Below are positions 1 through 10,704 of a stretch of DNA of 64,000 nucleotides, one piece after another. Source of the DNA: Candidatus Tectimicrobiota bacterium (GTDB lineage: Bacteria > JACPUC01); NCBI GenBank assembly GCA_016192455.1, contig JACPUC010000006.1, positions 1-64,000 of the forward strand, written 5' to 3'. The translations under genes and the position numbers were made by a program. The notes beneath the pieces were generated by a model, which did no database searches, was not told where the DNA came from, and worked only from the letters and a program-made list of their open reading frames with translations. The number at the start of each line of letters is the position of its first letter. The first letter of the stretch is position 1.

Positions 1-207
1 CAGGGTTGGTGGTGCGGAACTTGCGTGGCATAACACCCCCACCAGCAAACAGCGGAACAGGGCCGGCCCCCCGCCGGTTGCGAACACCTCACAGTCTACC
101 AAAAACTAGACGCCTGCGGGGGTTTCTCCGACAGGCTCCTAAGGGAGGAAGCCGGGAGTGGAACCTGGGGGAGGAACGTAGCGGCAGATCGCCTGTGTTC
201 CAGCCGC

Positions 208-561
208 TCAGTGCTTCAGCAAAAAGAGGTTCTGGTCATCATCGTAGGCGGCCTTGAGGATGATCTCCTGCTTGCTCTTGCCGGCGCCGATGGTGAAGCC
301 TCGGCTGCGCGCGTAGAGGTCGCCGGAGCCGCCGATCCAAAGCTTTGTCTCCGCCGCCCCCAGCGGCTTCACATCGAGCACCACGTTGATGAAGTCAGGA
401 CCCGCGAACTGGCCATGGCAGGTCCATGGCTCGCCCTTGAAGTAGCCCACGTCGGGTGAGGGGACGCGCTCATCCGTGGTGACGAAGATGTCCACCACGA
501 GCTGCGTGCGGGCGCTTGCGAGGTTCACGAAGACGGTCCCGCCAGCGAGATAGTTCGTCAT
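208..561 (-). CDS. Hypothetical protein (117 aa)
   Basis: ATG start with GAGGAG RBS; normal globular composition unlike the Arg/Pro-rich shadow ORFs; no motif recognised. Confidence 0.6.
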   Translation of the reverse strand: MTNYLAGGTVFVNLASARTQLVVDIFVTTDERVPSPDVGYFKGEPWTCHGQFAGPDFINVVLDVKPLGAAETKLWIGGSGDLYARSRGFTIGAGKSKQEIILKAAYDDDQNLFLLKH

Positions 562-797
562 TGCGGAAGCTCCTCACCTGCCAGCCATTTCCTGCCGCGT
601 TTTCAGCAGTCTCTCAGTCCAGGAACATCACCGCGAGCTTGTCCGCTGGGCTGGACGGATAGTACCCGCGGCCTTCCGAGGAGTCAACGGCGGAGTCGCC
701 TCGGGCGCCGCGTGCGGTCACCCGGCGCGACACCTGGGGGCGCGGGGTCTCCGCGCCATGGGCGCGGCGGGCCATATCATGCTGCGGCTTCTTCCCT

Positions 798-1262
798 CTA
801 CCGCTCCTCCCGCCGCAGGCCGCGGAGGTTCCAACCGGCCCGCGCCAGCATGTAGACGATGCAGGCCATCAGCAGGGCGCTGACCAGGAAGATGACGTTG
901 AAGCGGAAAGGACTGGGGCTGAAGGATGGGCGCATGCGGATGAAGTCGAAGCCGATGTTCATCCCCAGAAAGTTCGCCAGGAACCCAAGGCAGCGGAGCG
1001 TGTTCGTGAAGACGAGGAGGTGGACGATGTTGAGATTCGCGCGCACCCTGCAGTCGGTGGCGTCGGTGACGGCGATGCCGACGCGGAAAAAGATGGCAAG
1101 CGCGAAGAGGACGATGAAGAACGCGCCCGGCAGAAGCGCCCGCAGCTCCGCCGCTTTGCGCTCGGGGGTGCCGCCGCTGAGGGTGATGAGGCCGATGACG
1201 ATGAGGCCCAGCACCACGTAAGCGACGGCGGCTTGGCGATACTTCCTGGCGCGGCAGGGCAT
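798..1262 (-). CDS. Integral membrane protein, about 4 TM helices
   Basis: Start revised to MPCRARKYRQ (AGGAG RBS upstream); several long hydrophobic segments. Confidence 0.7.
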   Translation of the reverse strand: MPCRARKYRQAAVAYVVLGLIVIGLITLSGGTPERKAAELRALLPGAFFIVLFALAIFFRVGIAVTDATDCRVRANLNIVHLLVFTNTLRCLGFLANFLGMNIGFDFIRMRPSFSPSPFRFNVIFLVSALLMACIVYMLARAGWNLRGLRREER

Positions 1263-1483
1263 GGGCCGCTCCTGGTGGTCGAGCCGCGAGGAGACGGGTG
1301 GCGCAGGGTGGATCGTCGCCGTGATGAAGCCGCCGTCGCGCACCCACCTGCAGCAGCGCGCCGGCGTGCTCGCCGCGGCGCGCCTGAAACGGCGCAGGCG
1401 GATGATCCTGCCATCCGCCTGTGCTTCGACATTCTCCGCACCCCTCCTTAGGCCGGGTCCGGCTGAGGAGGGAGGGTCCTTTC

Positions 1484-2491
1484 CTACCTCCCGCTGTCGC
1501 CGCTCGCGCGGCTCACCATCCCCTCCGCCAGGGCCGCATGGGTGGGAGAAGGGTAGGCGCCGGCGCTGAGGAACACGTTGCACGGCGCCAGGCGGAGAAG
1601 GTTCTCGGCGCAGCTCCCCAGTGCCATTTCCGTTGGCTCCGCCCCCAGACCGTTGCGGCCGAGGATGAGAAGCCACGGCTGCTCCTGCCGGCAGTAGTGG
1701 AGGAGCTGCTCGAAGGGCTTGCCATGGAGCATGAGCGGGCGAAGGCGAGCGCTCGCGGAGGCCGAGCTTCCATTCAGCGCCGACTCGGCGACGGCCACGG
1801 CCTCCTCGAGGACCTGACGGCAGAGTGCCTCGTAGTCAGCCGCCTCGGGGTGGTCGGCGGTTGCTTCGCAGACGGCGACGATGTCCGTGCGCAGGGAGAG
1901 ACGGCGGCCCAGCTCCAGCGCCGTCAGCAGGCCGGCGTAGCCGCGGGCGCTGCCATCCACCGCCGCCACCACGCCGCCGCGAAGCTGCTCCGCCAAGGGG
2001 GCGAGGTTGCGCACCACCAGGGTATCGCTGCCGATGCGCCGCACGACGCGCTCGCAGACGCCGCCGATGACGCTCTCGCGCACCGCCCCCATGCCGAGCG
2101 CGCCGAGCACCACGAGGTCGTAGCGACTCTCCGTGATGTCGCGCGCCAGCACCTCGTAATGCTTGCCATCGAACATCTTGCGCTCGAAGGGGAGGCCCGC
2201 GGCTTCACAGCGTTTCTGCAAGACATCGAGGTAGGAGTCGCTGATGAGCTGCAGCCCCATGGTGATGAGGGAGTCGTGGATGCGCCGCTGCCGTTCCAGC
2301 TCGTTCTCCTCCAGGTACTCCTCCGGCAGGGTGAACTCCATCTGCTTGAATCGGTAGTCATGCAGACGGGCGGCATAGACGTGGCTGCCGACGACGCGGG
2401 CTCCCAGGCGCTCCGCCAGCGCCACCGCGATGTCGATCGCTCGATTGGAGTGCTCGGAGTTATCCGCCGGAACATAGATCGTTCGGTACAT
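1484..2491 (-). CDS. Universal stress protein, tandem USP domains
   Basis: MYRTIYVPADNSEHSNRA start, LVVLGALGMG..VIGGVCERVVR, second domain VAAVDGS...LILGRNG...LGSCAENLLRLAPCNV. Confidence 0.9.
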   Translation of the reverse strand: MYRTIYVPADNSEHSNRAIDIAVALAERLGARVVGSHVYAARLHDYRFKQMEFTLPEEYLEENELERQRRIHDSLITMGLQLISDSYLDVLQKRCEAAGLPFERKMFDGKHYEVLARDITESRYDLVVLGALGMGAVRESVIGGVCERVVRRIGSDTLVVRNLAPLAEQLRGGVVAAVDGSARGYAGLLTALELGRRLSLRTDIVAVCEATADHPEAADYEALCRQVLEEAVAVAESALNGSSASASARLRPLMLHGKPFEQLLHYCRQEQPWLLILGRNGLGAEPTEMALGSCAENLLRLAPCNVFLSAGAYPSPTHAALAEGMVSRASGDSGR

Positions 2492-2593
2492 CGCGCGTCC
2501 TTCTTACCGTTGTCTTGCCGTTGTCGCAGCCAGCGCGGAGGATGGAGCGGCGCGCCAGGCGTGACCTTCCTGCTCCATGACCGCCGCCGCTTC

Positions 2594-2845
2594 TCAGGGG
2601 ACGGCGCCGGGGGCGCGCCCTGCTTGCTCCTCACCTCTCCGCCGCCGGCGCCGCGGTCTCCAGGCGGCGTAGTAGAAGGCCAGGAAGACCAGCAGGTTAA
2701 AGTTGGCGATGAGGAGGAGCATGACGAAGTTGCGTTCGACGAAGACGTAGCGCAACCCGATGAGGTCGATGATCACCAGGAAGAGGCAGTTCAGCCAGAA
2801 GCCGCTGGCGATGAATCCGCGTGCGAAGCGCACCTTCCTGGCCAT
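2594..2845 (-). CDS. Small two-TM membrane protein
   Basis: Two hydrophobic helices followed by a basic tail; co-oriented with the USP gene. Confidence 0.55.
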   Translation of the reverse strand: MARKVRFARGFIASGFWLNCLFLVIIDLIGLRYVFVERNFVMLLLIANFNLLVFLAFYYAAWRPRRRRRRGEEQAGRAPGAVP

Positions 2846-3529
2846 GGGTGACGTCGAGCCGCTGCGAGTCTGCCTGAGACGTTGGACCTGCGGAAATGCA
2901 AGAGAAGGTTAGTCTACCCGCCACTGTGGAAAAGTCAAGGTACATGTCATGAACCTCCGTCCACGGCAAGGGTAAGAGGAGACGCGGCGGCCGGTTCTGG
3001 GCAGGCGGGTGGGCGGCGGTTGGCTCAACGACTCGCCTGACCGGGGTTCTCGAGCTCGCTGAGTGGGTTCCGGGGAGGCCGTCCGGCCGCGCCCGCCGCT
3101 CCGATTCACCTCAGCGCCCCACCCCGCCGGCCGGCAAGATCACCCGCCAGAAGGGCGCCTCCTCTTGGCAAGGGCTGCGGAGATGCGACGGTTGTGGAAG
3201 AATTTGCACAAGCCGTTCGCTTGCACTATTTATCTACTCCAACGAGCTCAATCCCCCCTGGTCGACAGGTCAGGGAAGCCTGAGCAGCGGCGCCTTGAAA
3301 GAGGGGTGTCCGCGCGGCAACGGTGAAAGCTCCTCTGCGCCGTCGCGGAGGCGCGCCCCGTGTGCTCCGGGAGGGTGGCACGGTAGTGATTGAGGGCAGG
3401 GGCGGCTAGGGCTATCATTATTACCCATCATGGCATAGCATAGGAAACAACCTCTTGCGGGGGGCGGGCTGCGTGTCGCCTTCGGGGAGGAGGTGATGCT
3501 CCGGGGTGGCCGTCCATGAAGGAAGCGCG

Positions 3530-3904
3530 ATGTTCGTCACGAGTGAATACCGTTTCAGCGCCGCGCACCAGATACCGCACCACCCGCTGTGCAAGAGGCT
3601 GCACGGGCATACCTACCGCCTCGTGGTCACGTTGCGCGGCAAGATCGACCCCCGCACCGGCATGGTGATCGATTTTGACGAGCTGCGGGAAGTTGTCGGG
3701 CGGCAAGTTCTATCGCTCCTCGATCACGCCTTCCTCAACGAGATCGTCGAGCTGCCCACCTCGGAACTCCTGGTGGTGTGGATTTGGAACCGCCTCGCCG
3801 AGGCGGTGCCCCAGCTTCACGAGGTGCGGCTCTACGAGCAGCCCGAAACCTGCGTGAGCTATCGCGGTGAAGCGGAGCCCTTCCTGCAACCCGAGGAGCC
3901 GTAG
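3530..3904 (+). CDS. queD: 6-carboxytetrahydropterin synthase / PTPS (QueD family)
   Basis: FSAAH..CKRLHGHTY (CxxxHGH), GMVIDF, LDHAFLN, PTSE, VRLYE. Confidence 0.9.
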   Translation: MFVTSEYRFSAAHQIPHHPLCKRLHGHTYRLVVTLRGKIDPRTGMVIDFDELREVVGRQVLSLLDHAFLNEIVELPTSELLVVWIWNRLAEAVPQLHEVRLYEQPETCVSYRGEAEPFLQPEEP

Positions 3905-4056
3905 GCGACAGCCGGCCTTGCCTTGGCCCCTGCGCTGGCCGGCGGACCGCAGGGCGCGCCTGGGTAGTCGCCACACTTTAGTCGAGAGGCCGAGAAGACT
4001 AGACCACCAATCCCCCGAGGGTACTTGGGTGGGTTGCTTGCATGGGATGCTGCACG

Positions 4057-4611
4057 ATGGATCGAGAGAAGATGATTGATGGCATCCGTCAGTTCCTCTC
4101 CGCCTTCGGCGATGTGCTGGCGGGCGAAGACCTGGAGCTGATTGCGAGCAACGTTGCCGAAACCTGGAGCACCGAGCTTCTGCGGGGGTACGAGACGCAG
4201 CCGGCTGAGATCCTCAACGCCTCGTGGACGGAGCATGATACCGACTTGGTGTTGATGCGCGATATCGACATCGTCTCACTTTGCAACCATCATCTCCTGC
4301 CGTTTGTGGGGAAAGCTCACATCGCCTACCTGCCCGGCAACCGTATCGTTGGCATCTCGAAGCTGGCGCGTCTGGCTGATTGCCTGGCGCGCCGCCTGCA
4401 AACACAGGAACGCCTCACGAATCAGATTGCCTCCGTGCTCATGGAGGTCCTCGAGCCCCGCGGCACGGCCTGTCTGCTGGAGGCGCAGCATCTCTGCGTG
4501 GCGGCGCGCGGCGTCGAGCAGCATGGCAGCCGTGTCATCACCATGGCGTTTCGCGGCGTCTTCGAGGATGACCGTGCCTACCGCGAGCGCTTCCTGGCCT
4601 TGGTGCGCTGA
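4057..4611 (+). CDS. folE: GTP cyclohydrolase I
   Basis: SLCNHHLLPFVGKAHIAYLP, GISKLAR, ARRLQTQERLT, HLCVAARGV. Confidence 0.93.
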   Translation: MDREKMIDGIRQFLSAFGDVLAGEDLELIASNVAETWSTELLRGYETQPAEILNASWTEHDTDLVLMRDIDIVSLCNHHLLPFVGKAHIAYLPGNRIVGISKLARLADCLARRLQTQERLTNQIASVLMEVLEPRGTACLLEAQHLCVAARGVEQHGSRVITMAFRGVFEDDRAYRERFLALVR

Positions 4612-4862
4612 TCGTCGGGGTTCCACCTTGCGGTGCAATGGCGAGGGGTGGAGAGCGGAAGCGCTCGGCAGGTTATGGTGCGGGCCTGGCGCTCCCCCTC
4701 TCCTCATCACCCGAAAGACGCAAGAATTCTCGCCGCAGGGCGCCCTCTTCTCGAGGTGTGCTGACGGGGTTCCCCGGCAGGCGCCCTGCGGCGGATCGCA
4801 ACCCCTCGTAGTGAATCGCACTTGCAAGGCATGGCGCTAGGCGCCGCCATGGCGAGTCGGGG

Positions 4863-5621
4863 ATGAGATCAGCAAGCACCCGCAATCAGGCTGCGCCCGC
4901 CGCCGCGCTGTCTGAAGCGCCGGCGCATGTTGCGGTCGTGACGGGCGCCGGTCGCGGCATCGGCGCCGCCATCGCCGCAGGGCTCGCCGCCGAGGGGATG
5001 CGGGTGGCCCTGCTGGCGCGAACCGCCTCGGAGCTCCAGGCGGTCGCCGAGCGCATTCAGGCACGGGGCGGCCAGGCCCTGGCGCTGCAGACCGATATCA
5101 CCGATGCGCGGCAGGTTGAGGCCGCTGTGGCCAGCGTGGCGGAGCGGCTCGGCGTCGTCGATGTGTTGGTGAACAACGCCGGCGTGGTGATCGTGCAACC
5201 ATTGGTAGAGATGCGACGCGCAACCTGGGAGCGCGTCATCGGCACCAACCTCACCGGAGCCTTCCTCTGCTGCCGGGCGGTGTTGCCGGGGATGCTGCGG
5301 AAAGAGTGGGGCAGGGTCATCAACATCGCCTCTATCTCGGGACGCGTGGGCACGCCGAAGCTGACCGCCTATTGCGCCTCGAAGTGGGGTCTCCTGGGGT
5401 TCACCAAGGCCCTCGCCGAAGAGGTGCGCCAGGCTTCGATCACGGTCAACGCCATCTGTCCCGGCTCCGTTGATACGGCGATGCTGCGGCAGTCGCGACC
5501 AGGCGAGCGTCCCGACATGGAGCCCGATGACATCGCCGACGCCGTCTGCTTCCTGGCCTCGGAGCGGGCAAAGCGCATCACCGGGGCGGTGATCGATATC
5601 TTCGGCGCGCAGTCGCTGTAA
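4863..5621 (+). CDS. SDR family oxidoreductase
   Basis: TGAGRGIG, NNAG, YCASK. Confidence 0.9.
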   Translation: MRSASTRNQAAPAAALSEAPAHVAVVTGAGRGIGAAIAAGLAAEGMRVALLARTASELQAVAERIQARGGQALALQTDITDARQVEAAVASVAERLGVVDVLVNNAGVVIVQPLVEMRRATWERVIGTNLTGAFLCCRAVLPGMLRKEWGRVINIASISGRVGTPKLTAYCASKWGLLGFTKALAEEVRQASITVNAICPGSVDTAMLRQSRPGERPDMEPDDIADAVCFLASERAKRITGAVIDIFGAQSL

Positions 5622-5906
5622 TGCTGCCTGTGGGGTGCGCAGGCGGCGAGGGCAGGTCGCCCTCCGTTCTGATCCAGTGGCTCCACCCTGACGAAAGAAG
5701 GCGCCCCATTCTCAGACGCGGTGAGAGGGTGTGTAGATCCTACGTAGTCTCCAGGACACGTTGTGTAGGTATTAGACTCGCAGCGGCGCGGCATCCAGCC
5801 TCAGGAGGGAAAGGCAGCCACCTGGTTGCCGGCATTCCGGAGAGAAGAAAAGATATAGAAAATCAGGCTTTTCACAAAAGATGTTGAAAAGTTGGATGAA
5901 AACTCT

Positions 5907-5936
5907 TTGCTTTCTCCTGGAGGCTCTCAGTATAAT
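5907..5936 (+). promoter_or_regulatory. Candidate sigma70 promoter
   Basis: TTGCTT-N18-TATAAT in an AT-rich patch about 490 nt upstream of the ATPase gene. Confidence 0.5.
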
Positions 5937-6426
5937 AGGTGGAGGGTATGACAAAACCGTCCGCTGCTCGTGGGTGTCGTGCCTTGCGGAGGGAATTGCA
6001 GCCTACGCCGGAACGGCAGAGAAAACCACGGCCATCATGCCGGCGTGCTAATCGTGGAGCTTCCGGGGGCAAAGACTTCGTTGCTCCTGCTGAATGCGAG
6101 GTTCGGGCAAGGCGAGACACTGCCTCCTTGATTTCTTGTTCGAGAAACTGGAACCATGATGGTCGAGATGGAGTTCATGACGAGAACGGCGCCGCCTCAT
6201 TCATCTCGGTTCTCAGGGCAAGAGGCTGACGCCCTGGCTGGACCCTTGACGAGTGCAGCGCGGGGTGAGGAAGTGCTGCGGCGCGTCTTCTCTTTTCGGC
6301 AGCGGCCGCGCCGGCAGCGTTCTCCGCGAGGCCGCGGAACGTTCGCCCCCTGCTGAAGCCGCCACCGTTCACGTTCCGCACAGCCTGCTCTTCCAGGCAG
6401 TGGTTGAGAAGGCGGGAATCTCAAGG

Positions 6427-7230
6427 ATGTACGAAGCCTACTGGGGGCTGAAAGTTTCGCCGTTTGATAACGCGCCCGATCCAGCATTCTTTTACAACTC
6501 CCCAAAGCATGAAGAGGCCCTCAATCGACTGCTCTACGTAGCGCGGCGGCAGAAGGGGGCCGCCATGCTGACGGGCGAGATCGGCTGCGGCAAGACCCTG
6601 ATCGTGCGTCTCCTTATGAAGGAGCTGCTGCAACAGCACTACGAAATCGGCCTCATCGTCAACCCTATGCTCGCCCCCGATGAGCTGCTGCGCGAGATCT
6701 TGCACCAGCTTGGCCTCTCCGCCGGGGAGGAAGGCAAGGGCGAGCTGATCCATCGCCTGAACTCGATGCTGGTCGAGACGGACGCCCGGGGCCACAGCAC
6801 CGTCCTCATCATCGATGATGCGCAGGACATCCAGGAGACGCGCACCTTCGAGGAACTGCGCCTGCTCCTGAACATGCAGCTCAACAATCGCTTTCTGCTC
6901 ACGCTCCTCCTCGTCGGTCAGCCTGAGCTGGAGGTGAAGGTGACGAAGCTGCAACAGTTTGAACAACGCATCGCGCTCAAGTACCACCTGGACCCGCTCG
7001 ACTTCGATGAGACCGTCCACTACATCACCACCCGACTGGAGCGAGCCGGAACGAAGCGGCAAGTTTTTACCTACGACGCGATCGAGAAGATCTACGCCAT
7101 GAGTGGCGGCATCCCCCGTCGCATCAACAATATCTGCGATCTCAGCCTCCTGGTCTCTTACGGAATGCAAGCCAAGGAAGTGGATGTGAATCTCGTGCTG
7201 GAAGTTATTAAAGACCTGAAGTGGCATTGA
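6427..7230 (+). CDS. ExeA/GspA-type AAA ATPase (class often linked to exopolysaccharide/PEP-CTERM loci)
   Basis: MYEAYWGL..PF...PDP.FFY, Walker A GEIGCGKT, Walker B IIDDAQ, LVGQPEL, SGGIPRRIN. Confidence 0.88.
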   Translation: MYEAYWGLKVSPFDNAPDPAFFYNSPKHEEALNRLLYVARRQKGAAMLTGEIGCGKTLIVRLLMKELLQQHYEIGLIVNPMLAPDELLREILHQLGLSAGEEGKGELIHRLNSMLVETDARGHSTVLIIDDAQDIQETRTFEELRLLLNMQLNNRFLLTLLLVGQPELEVKVTKLQQFEQRIALKYHLDPLDFDETVHYITTRLERAGTKRQVFTYDAIEKIYAMSGGIPRRINNICDLSLLVSYGMQAKEVDVNLVLEVIKDLKWH

Positions 7231-7753
7231 GAGCGCCCAGGGGGAAGACCCGCGGGAGTTCCTCGTTACCCGAGGTCGGGTGCGGGACGCAGATGTCGTC
7301 GGCATGGCTTGGTTCTTGCTTGGAGATAAGCGGAGGCTGCGTTATCCTCGTCGCGGTGGGCGGGGTGGCGGACGCCTGGAGCGCCGAGCTTCCGGCGCCC
7401 TTGCGGGGGGGGGAGAGCAGGGGTCGGGCCCAGCCATCCCTGACGAACCCCTAGTAGAGAGAAGGCTGCACACCCAATTCTGTCGCGTTGCGCCGCCGCG
7501 TGGGTCGTTTGGTAGGGCGGGGAGCGGGTGGAAGAAGGTTTCTGCCGGTTTTGTTGCGCGACCCTTGCAGGAGGGTTCATCTTTACAAGTAGAGAGGCAC
7601 GCCTCTTGGCCTCAGGAGCGTCGGGGTGTGCCGGGGAATCGTTCTCGCGGCTCGCGTCGCCGCTTCTTCAGCCCGGCGTTGATGAGCCGTTGCGTTGTGT
7701 GGAGTTCTTCCCTGTGCCAGGGGTGGGTTCACCACCCTGCACTCGAGATCAGA

Positions 7754-8944
7754 ATGGTCCGCTTCTCCGATCTCATCAAGCGCGAGATGATCGATGCCCC
7801 CCAGCGCAAGCACAAGCCTGCTGGGCAGGAGGAGGAGAAGGAGCGCCCGCGCGAGGGGGGTGACGAGGTTGAGACCAGTCCCGAGAGGGGAGGCAGGGGC
7901 GGTGAGATCGGCGAGCGCTTCATTTCGAGGACAGCCCCGGAGCGGCCACCGGCCCGAAGCGGCGAGGGAGGGGGGCGCGTGGCGGCGCCGATCACGGTGC
8001 AGGCAACAAGGGAGAGTGCGGCAAGGGCGCTCAGCGTCGACGACTTCGTGCACTCCCAGGCCAACTCCTTCTACCTCTCCATCGTGGAGTACATCGAGCA
8101 GCAGCTCCGCCGCGTCATCGAGGATGCGCCGATCGAGGTGGCGCCTGGGGAAAAGATCGTCCAGCAGCTCATCGAAGACCCCAGGCAGTGCGAGCTGGTC
8201 GGTTTTCGCGCCACCCTGGGAGACGTGTCGCTGGACTGGCTTGCCACGAACATGGCGAACGTCTGCGTCTACTCCCTGAAACTTGCTCATGGGATGCAGC
8301 GCCACTCACCGCAGGAGCTGCGGCTCCTCGGCATGGCTGCGCTGCTGCACGATATCGGCGTGGCCAAAATCCCAGAGGCGGTGGTGAACAAGAATGAGGC
8401 GTTCACGCCCAAAGAGTATGAGCTGATGAAGCACCACCCGCAGATCAGCGCGCAGCTCATCTCCGCCTTGGGGGATGACTACAAGGAGGTGGCTGCGGTC
8501 GTCCTCCAGGAGCATGAACGGTACGGCGGCCAGGGTTACCCGCGCGGCCTGCGCGGCGAGTCCATTCATCCCTTTGCGCTCATCATCGGCATGGTCGATG
8601 TCTTCGATGCGCTGGTGAGCCCGCGGCCGCACCGCAAGCGCTTCAGCCCGCCCTACGCCGTGAAGTTCATCATCGAGACGCAGCGCGACCACTTTGATCC
8701 GCGCCTCCTGAAGCGTTTCGTCATGGAGTTTTCCATGTTCCCGCTCAACAGCCTGGTGCGTCTCAACACCCGGGCGATCGGGCGGGTGGTGCGGATCAAC
8801 AGCACTTACGCCATGCGGCCCACCGTGGAGATCATCTGCGACTCGCATGGGCGGCGGCTGGGTGTCCCGCAGGTGGTTGACTTGGCCGAGACGCCGCTGC
8901 TCTACATCATCGACAACGTTGACCCCGACGATGTGCCCGACTAG
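7754..8944 (+). CDS. HD-GYP domain protein (c-di-GMP phosphodiesterase-like)
   Basis: LLHDIG, HP, QEHERYGGQGYPRGL, DVFDAL.SPRPHR, FDP; start revised to MVRFSDLIK. Confidence 0.88.
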   Translation: MVRFSDLIKREMIDAPQRKHKPAGQEEEKERPREGGDEVETSPERGGRGGEIGERFISRTAPERPPARSGEGGGRVAAPITVQATRESAARALSVDDFVHSQANSFYLSIVEYIEQQLRRVIEDAPIEVAPGEKIVQQLIEDPRQCELVGFRATLGDVSLDWLATNMANVCVYSLKLAHGMQRHSPQELRLLGMAALLHDIGVAKIPEAVVNKNEAFTPKEYELMKHHPQISAQLISALGDDYKEVAAVVLQEHERYGGQGYPRGLRGESIHPFALIIGMVDVFDALVSPRPHRKRFSPPYAVKFIIETQRDHFDPRLLKRFVMEFSMFPLNSLVRLNTRAIGRVVRINSTYAMRPTVEIICDSHGRRLGVPQVVDLAETPLLYIIDNVDPDDVPD

Positions 8945-9272
8945 TGTTGCGTCACACAAATTCCCTCCTTAATCGGACGCCTTCTTCGGGCCATGTGGTG
9001 GGGGAGTTTTTGCGCAAGACCTTGGCTTCCCCACACCCCCAATCCCCGCGAGCTGCGCGGCAGCTCGCGTAGTCGGGGTGCGCGAGGGGGCGAGGCTCCC
9101 TCGCAAATTCTGGCGATAGAATGTGTGAAACAGCACACGAGGCCCTCCGGCGTCTCGTCCTGCCTGGGCCCGCCGAGGCGCCTCCGCCCGCAGGCGGCGG
9201 TTTGCTCGGCCGCGCTCCCCTCGCCGCCCTCTCGTTCCTCCCCCCTCGGCCCCTCTCCGCGCCTCTCAAGGC

Positions 9273-10427
9273 TCAGCGTCTATGCAGGCGCCAGAGGGCG
9301 TCGATGGCAAAGCCGCTGAGCCGCAGCATGCGCAGTAGGTAGGCAAGCGCGAAGAGTGGGCGCGGCAGCCAGGGGTAGTTTGCCGCCAGCGCGGACGGGT
9401 GCGGGAAGCAGGCCTCAACCAGCAGCCGCAGGCGTTGCCGCCGGGAAGGCGACCCATAGGCCAACATCACGTCGCCGAGGCGCGGCAGGGGCTGGAGCCG
9501 CGCCACCCCGAGGAGGAAGCGCCGCTCCACTCCGTCGAACGGCGCCTGGCGGTCGAGCCACGACTGCGGGACCGCGGGTAACCTCTCCCCCAGACCCAGG
9601 CGCAGCGTCTGCAGCAGATAGCAGAAGGCGCGCTCGCCGCCGACGGCGCGCGCCTCGCCGAGCACCTCCTCCCAGGTGATCTCCGGCTCCGACCCACCCA
9701 GGTGACGTTCCAACACCAGCCTCAGGTCGGCAACCCAGATGAGCCGCTTGAAGCCATGCTTGAGAGTGTGCGCCGTGAGGGCCAGGATCGTATCCGTCGG
9801 GCAGAGAAACCGTACACTGGCGGGGTAGCCGGGCATCGCCCTGGCCCGTTGCCAGAGGCCCATCGTGCTGAAGCGCCAGAGTCTGCCGCGGGCCGCCAGG
9901 CGCTCGACGTTGACGACGTGGCGGTGCAGGTCGATGACGGCGGCCCCCCGCACCCAGGTGGCGGAATCCGGCGCCAGGCGCTGGAAGCCACAGCTCCTGA
10001 GGACGCGGCGGAAGCGCTGGTACGAGCCGGGGAGGACGAGAAGGTCGAGATCTTCCATGGGACGCAGGCCGGGATCGGGGTAGTACAGCGCCTGCAGGAG
10101 CGCCCCTTGAATCGGCAGGAAGGAGCACTTCGCCTCGGCCGCCGCCGCCGCGACGACACCCAGCACATGCATCAGGTGCAGCGTGGTGGCGGTGGCGCCG
10201 TAGTAGGCGGCGCGCAAGAGGCTGAACGGGCGATTCAGGGCGGCTGTGCGTCGCAGCACCTCGCGGCACTGCCGGTAGAGAAGTCCCTGCAAGCCGTGGT
10301 CGCCGGCGAGGTCGAGCACTTCGCGCCAGTCCTGCACCGCGGCGCAGAGACGACGAACCTCGGGCGGCGGCAGTGGCTGGACCCGCGCAGCGCGCCTGAG
10401 GAGTTGCAGGGAGGTACGGTGGGGCAT
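9273..10427 (-). CDS. Nucleotidyltransferase family protein (NTP_transf_5-like)
   Basis: IQGALL..YY...LRPMEDLDLLV, IDLH, HTLKHGFKRLIWVADL. Confidence 0.85.
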   Translation of the reverse strand: MPHRTSLQLLRRAARVQPLPPPEVRRLCAAVQDWREVLDLAGDHGLQGLLYRQCREVLRRTAALNRPFSLLRAAYYGATATTLHLMHVLGVVAAAAAEAKCSFLPIQGALLQALYYPDPGLRPMEDLDLLVLPGSYQRFRRVLRSCGFQRLAPDSATWVRGAAVIDLHRHVVNVERLAARGRLWRFSTMGLWQRARAMPGYPASVRFLCPTDTILALTAHTLKHGFKRLIWVADLRLVLERHLGGSEPEITWEEVLGEARAVGGERAFCYLLQTLRLGLGERLPAVPQSWLDRQAPFDGVERRFLLGVARLQPLPRLGDVMLAYGSPSRRQRLRLLVEACFPHPSALAANYPWLPRPLFALAYLLRMLRLSGFAIDALWRLHRR

Positions 10428-10704
10428 TGCCGGCGCCGAGGTTCAATCAGGAAGGGCGGAGGCTGCAAGTTCGGTTTCTGACAAGCTTACGGTGTCCGAG
10501 TATACAGGAGAGAGCCAGAGGCGCGGAAGAGCTGGGGCTGGAAGCGGAGCGAGGCTTTCCTCGTTCGAGGGGGGGAATCGACCGCCGAGAGGGCGCGGAG
10601 GTTGGCGGGTCTGCCGGGTTTTTCCAGGGGAGAGGAGGAACAGCGGCGGCGCCGGGACGGCCGCTCTCCTGCCGGGGTTCCGACCCCTGGCGCCGTTGTT
10701 TGTC

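Noticed and set aside
3330-3529. preQ1 riboswitch upstream of queD
   Set aside because: No preQ1 stem with a downstream A-rich tail could be recognised
5940-6426. c-di-GMP riboswitch or sRNA in the long leader of the ATPase/HD-GYP genes
   Set aside because: No convincing GEMM architecture by eye; an Rfam/Infernal scan would be needed
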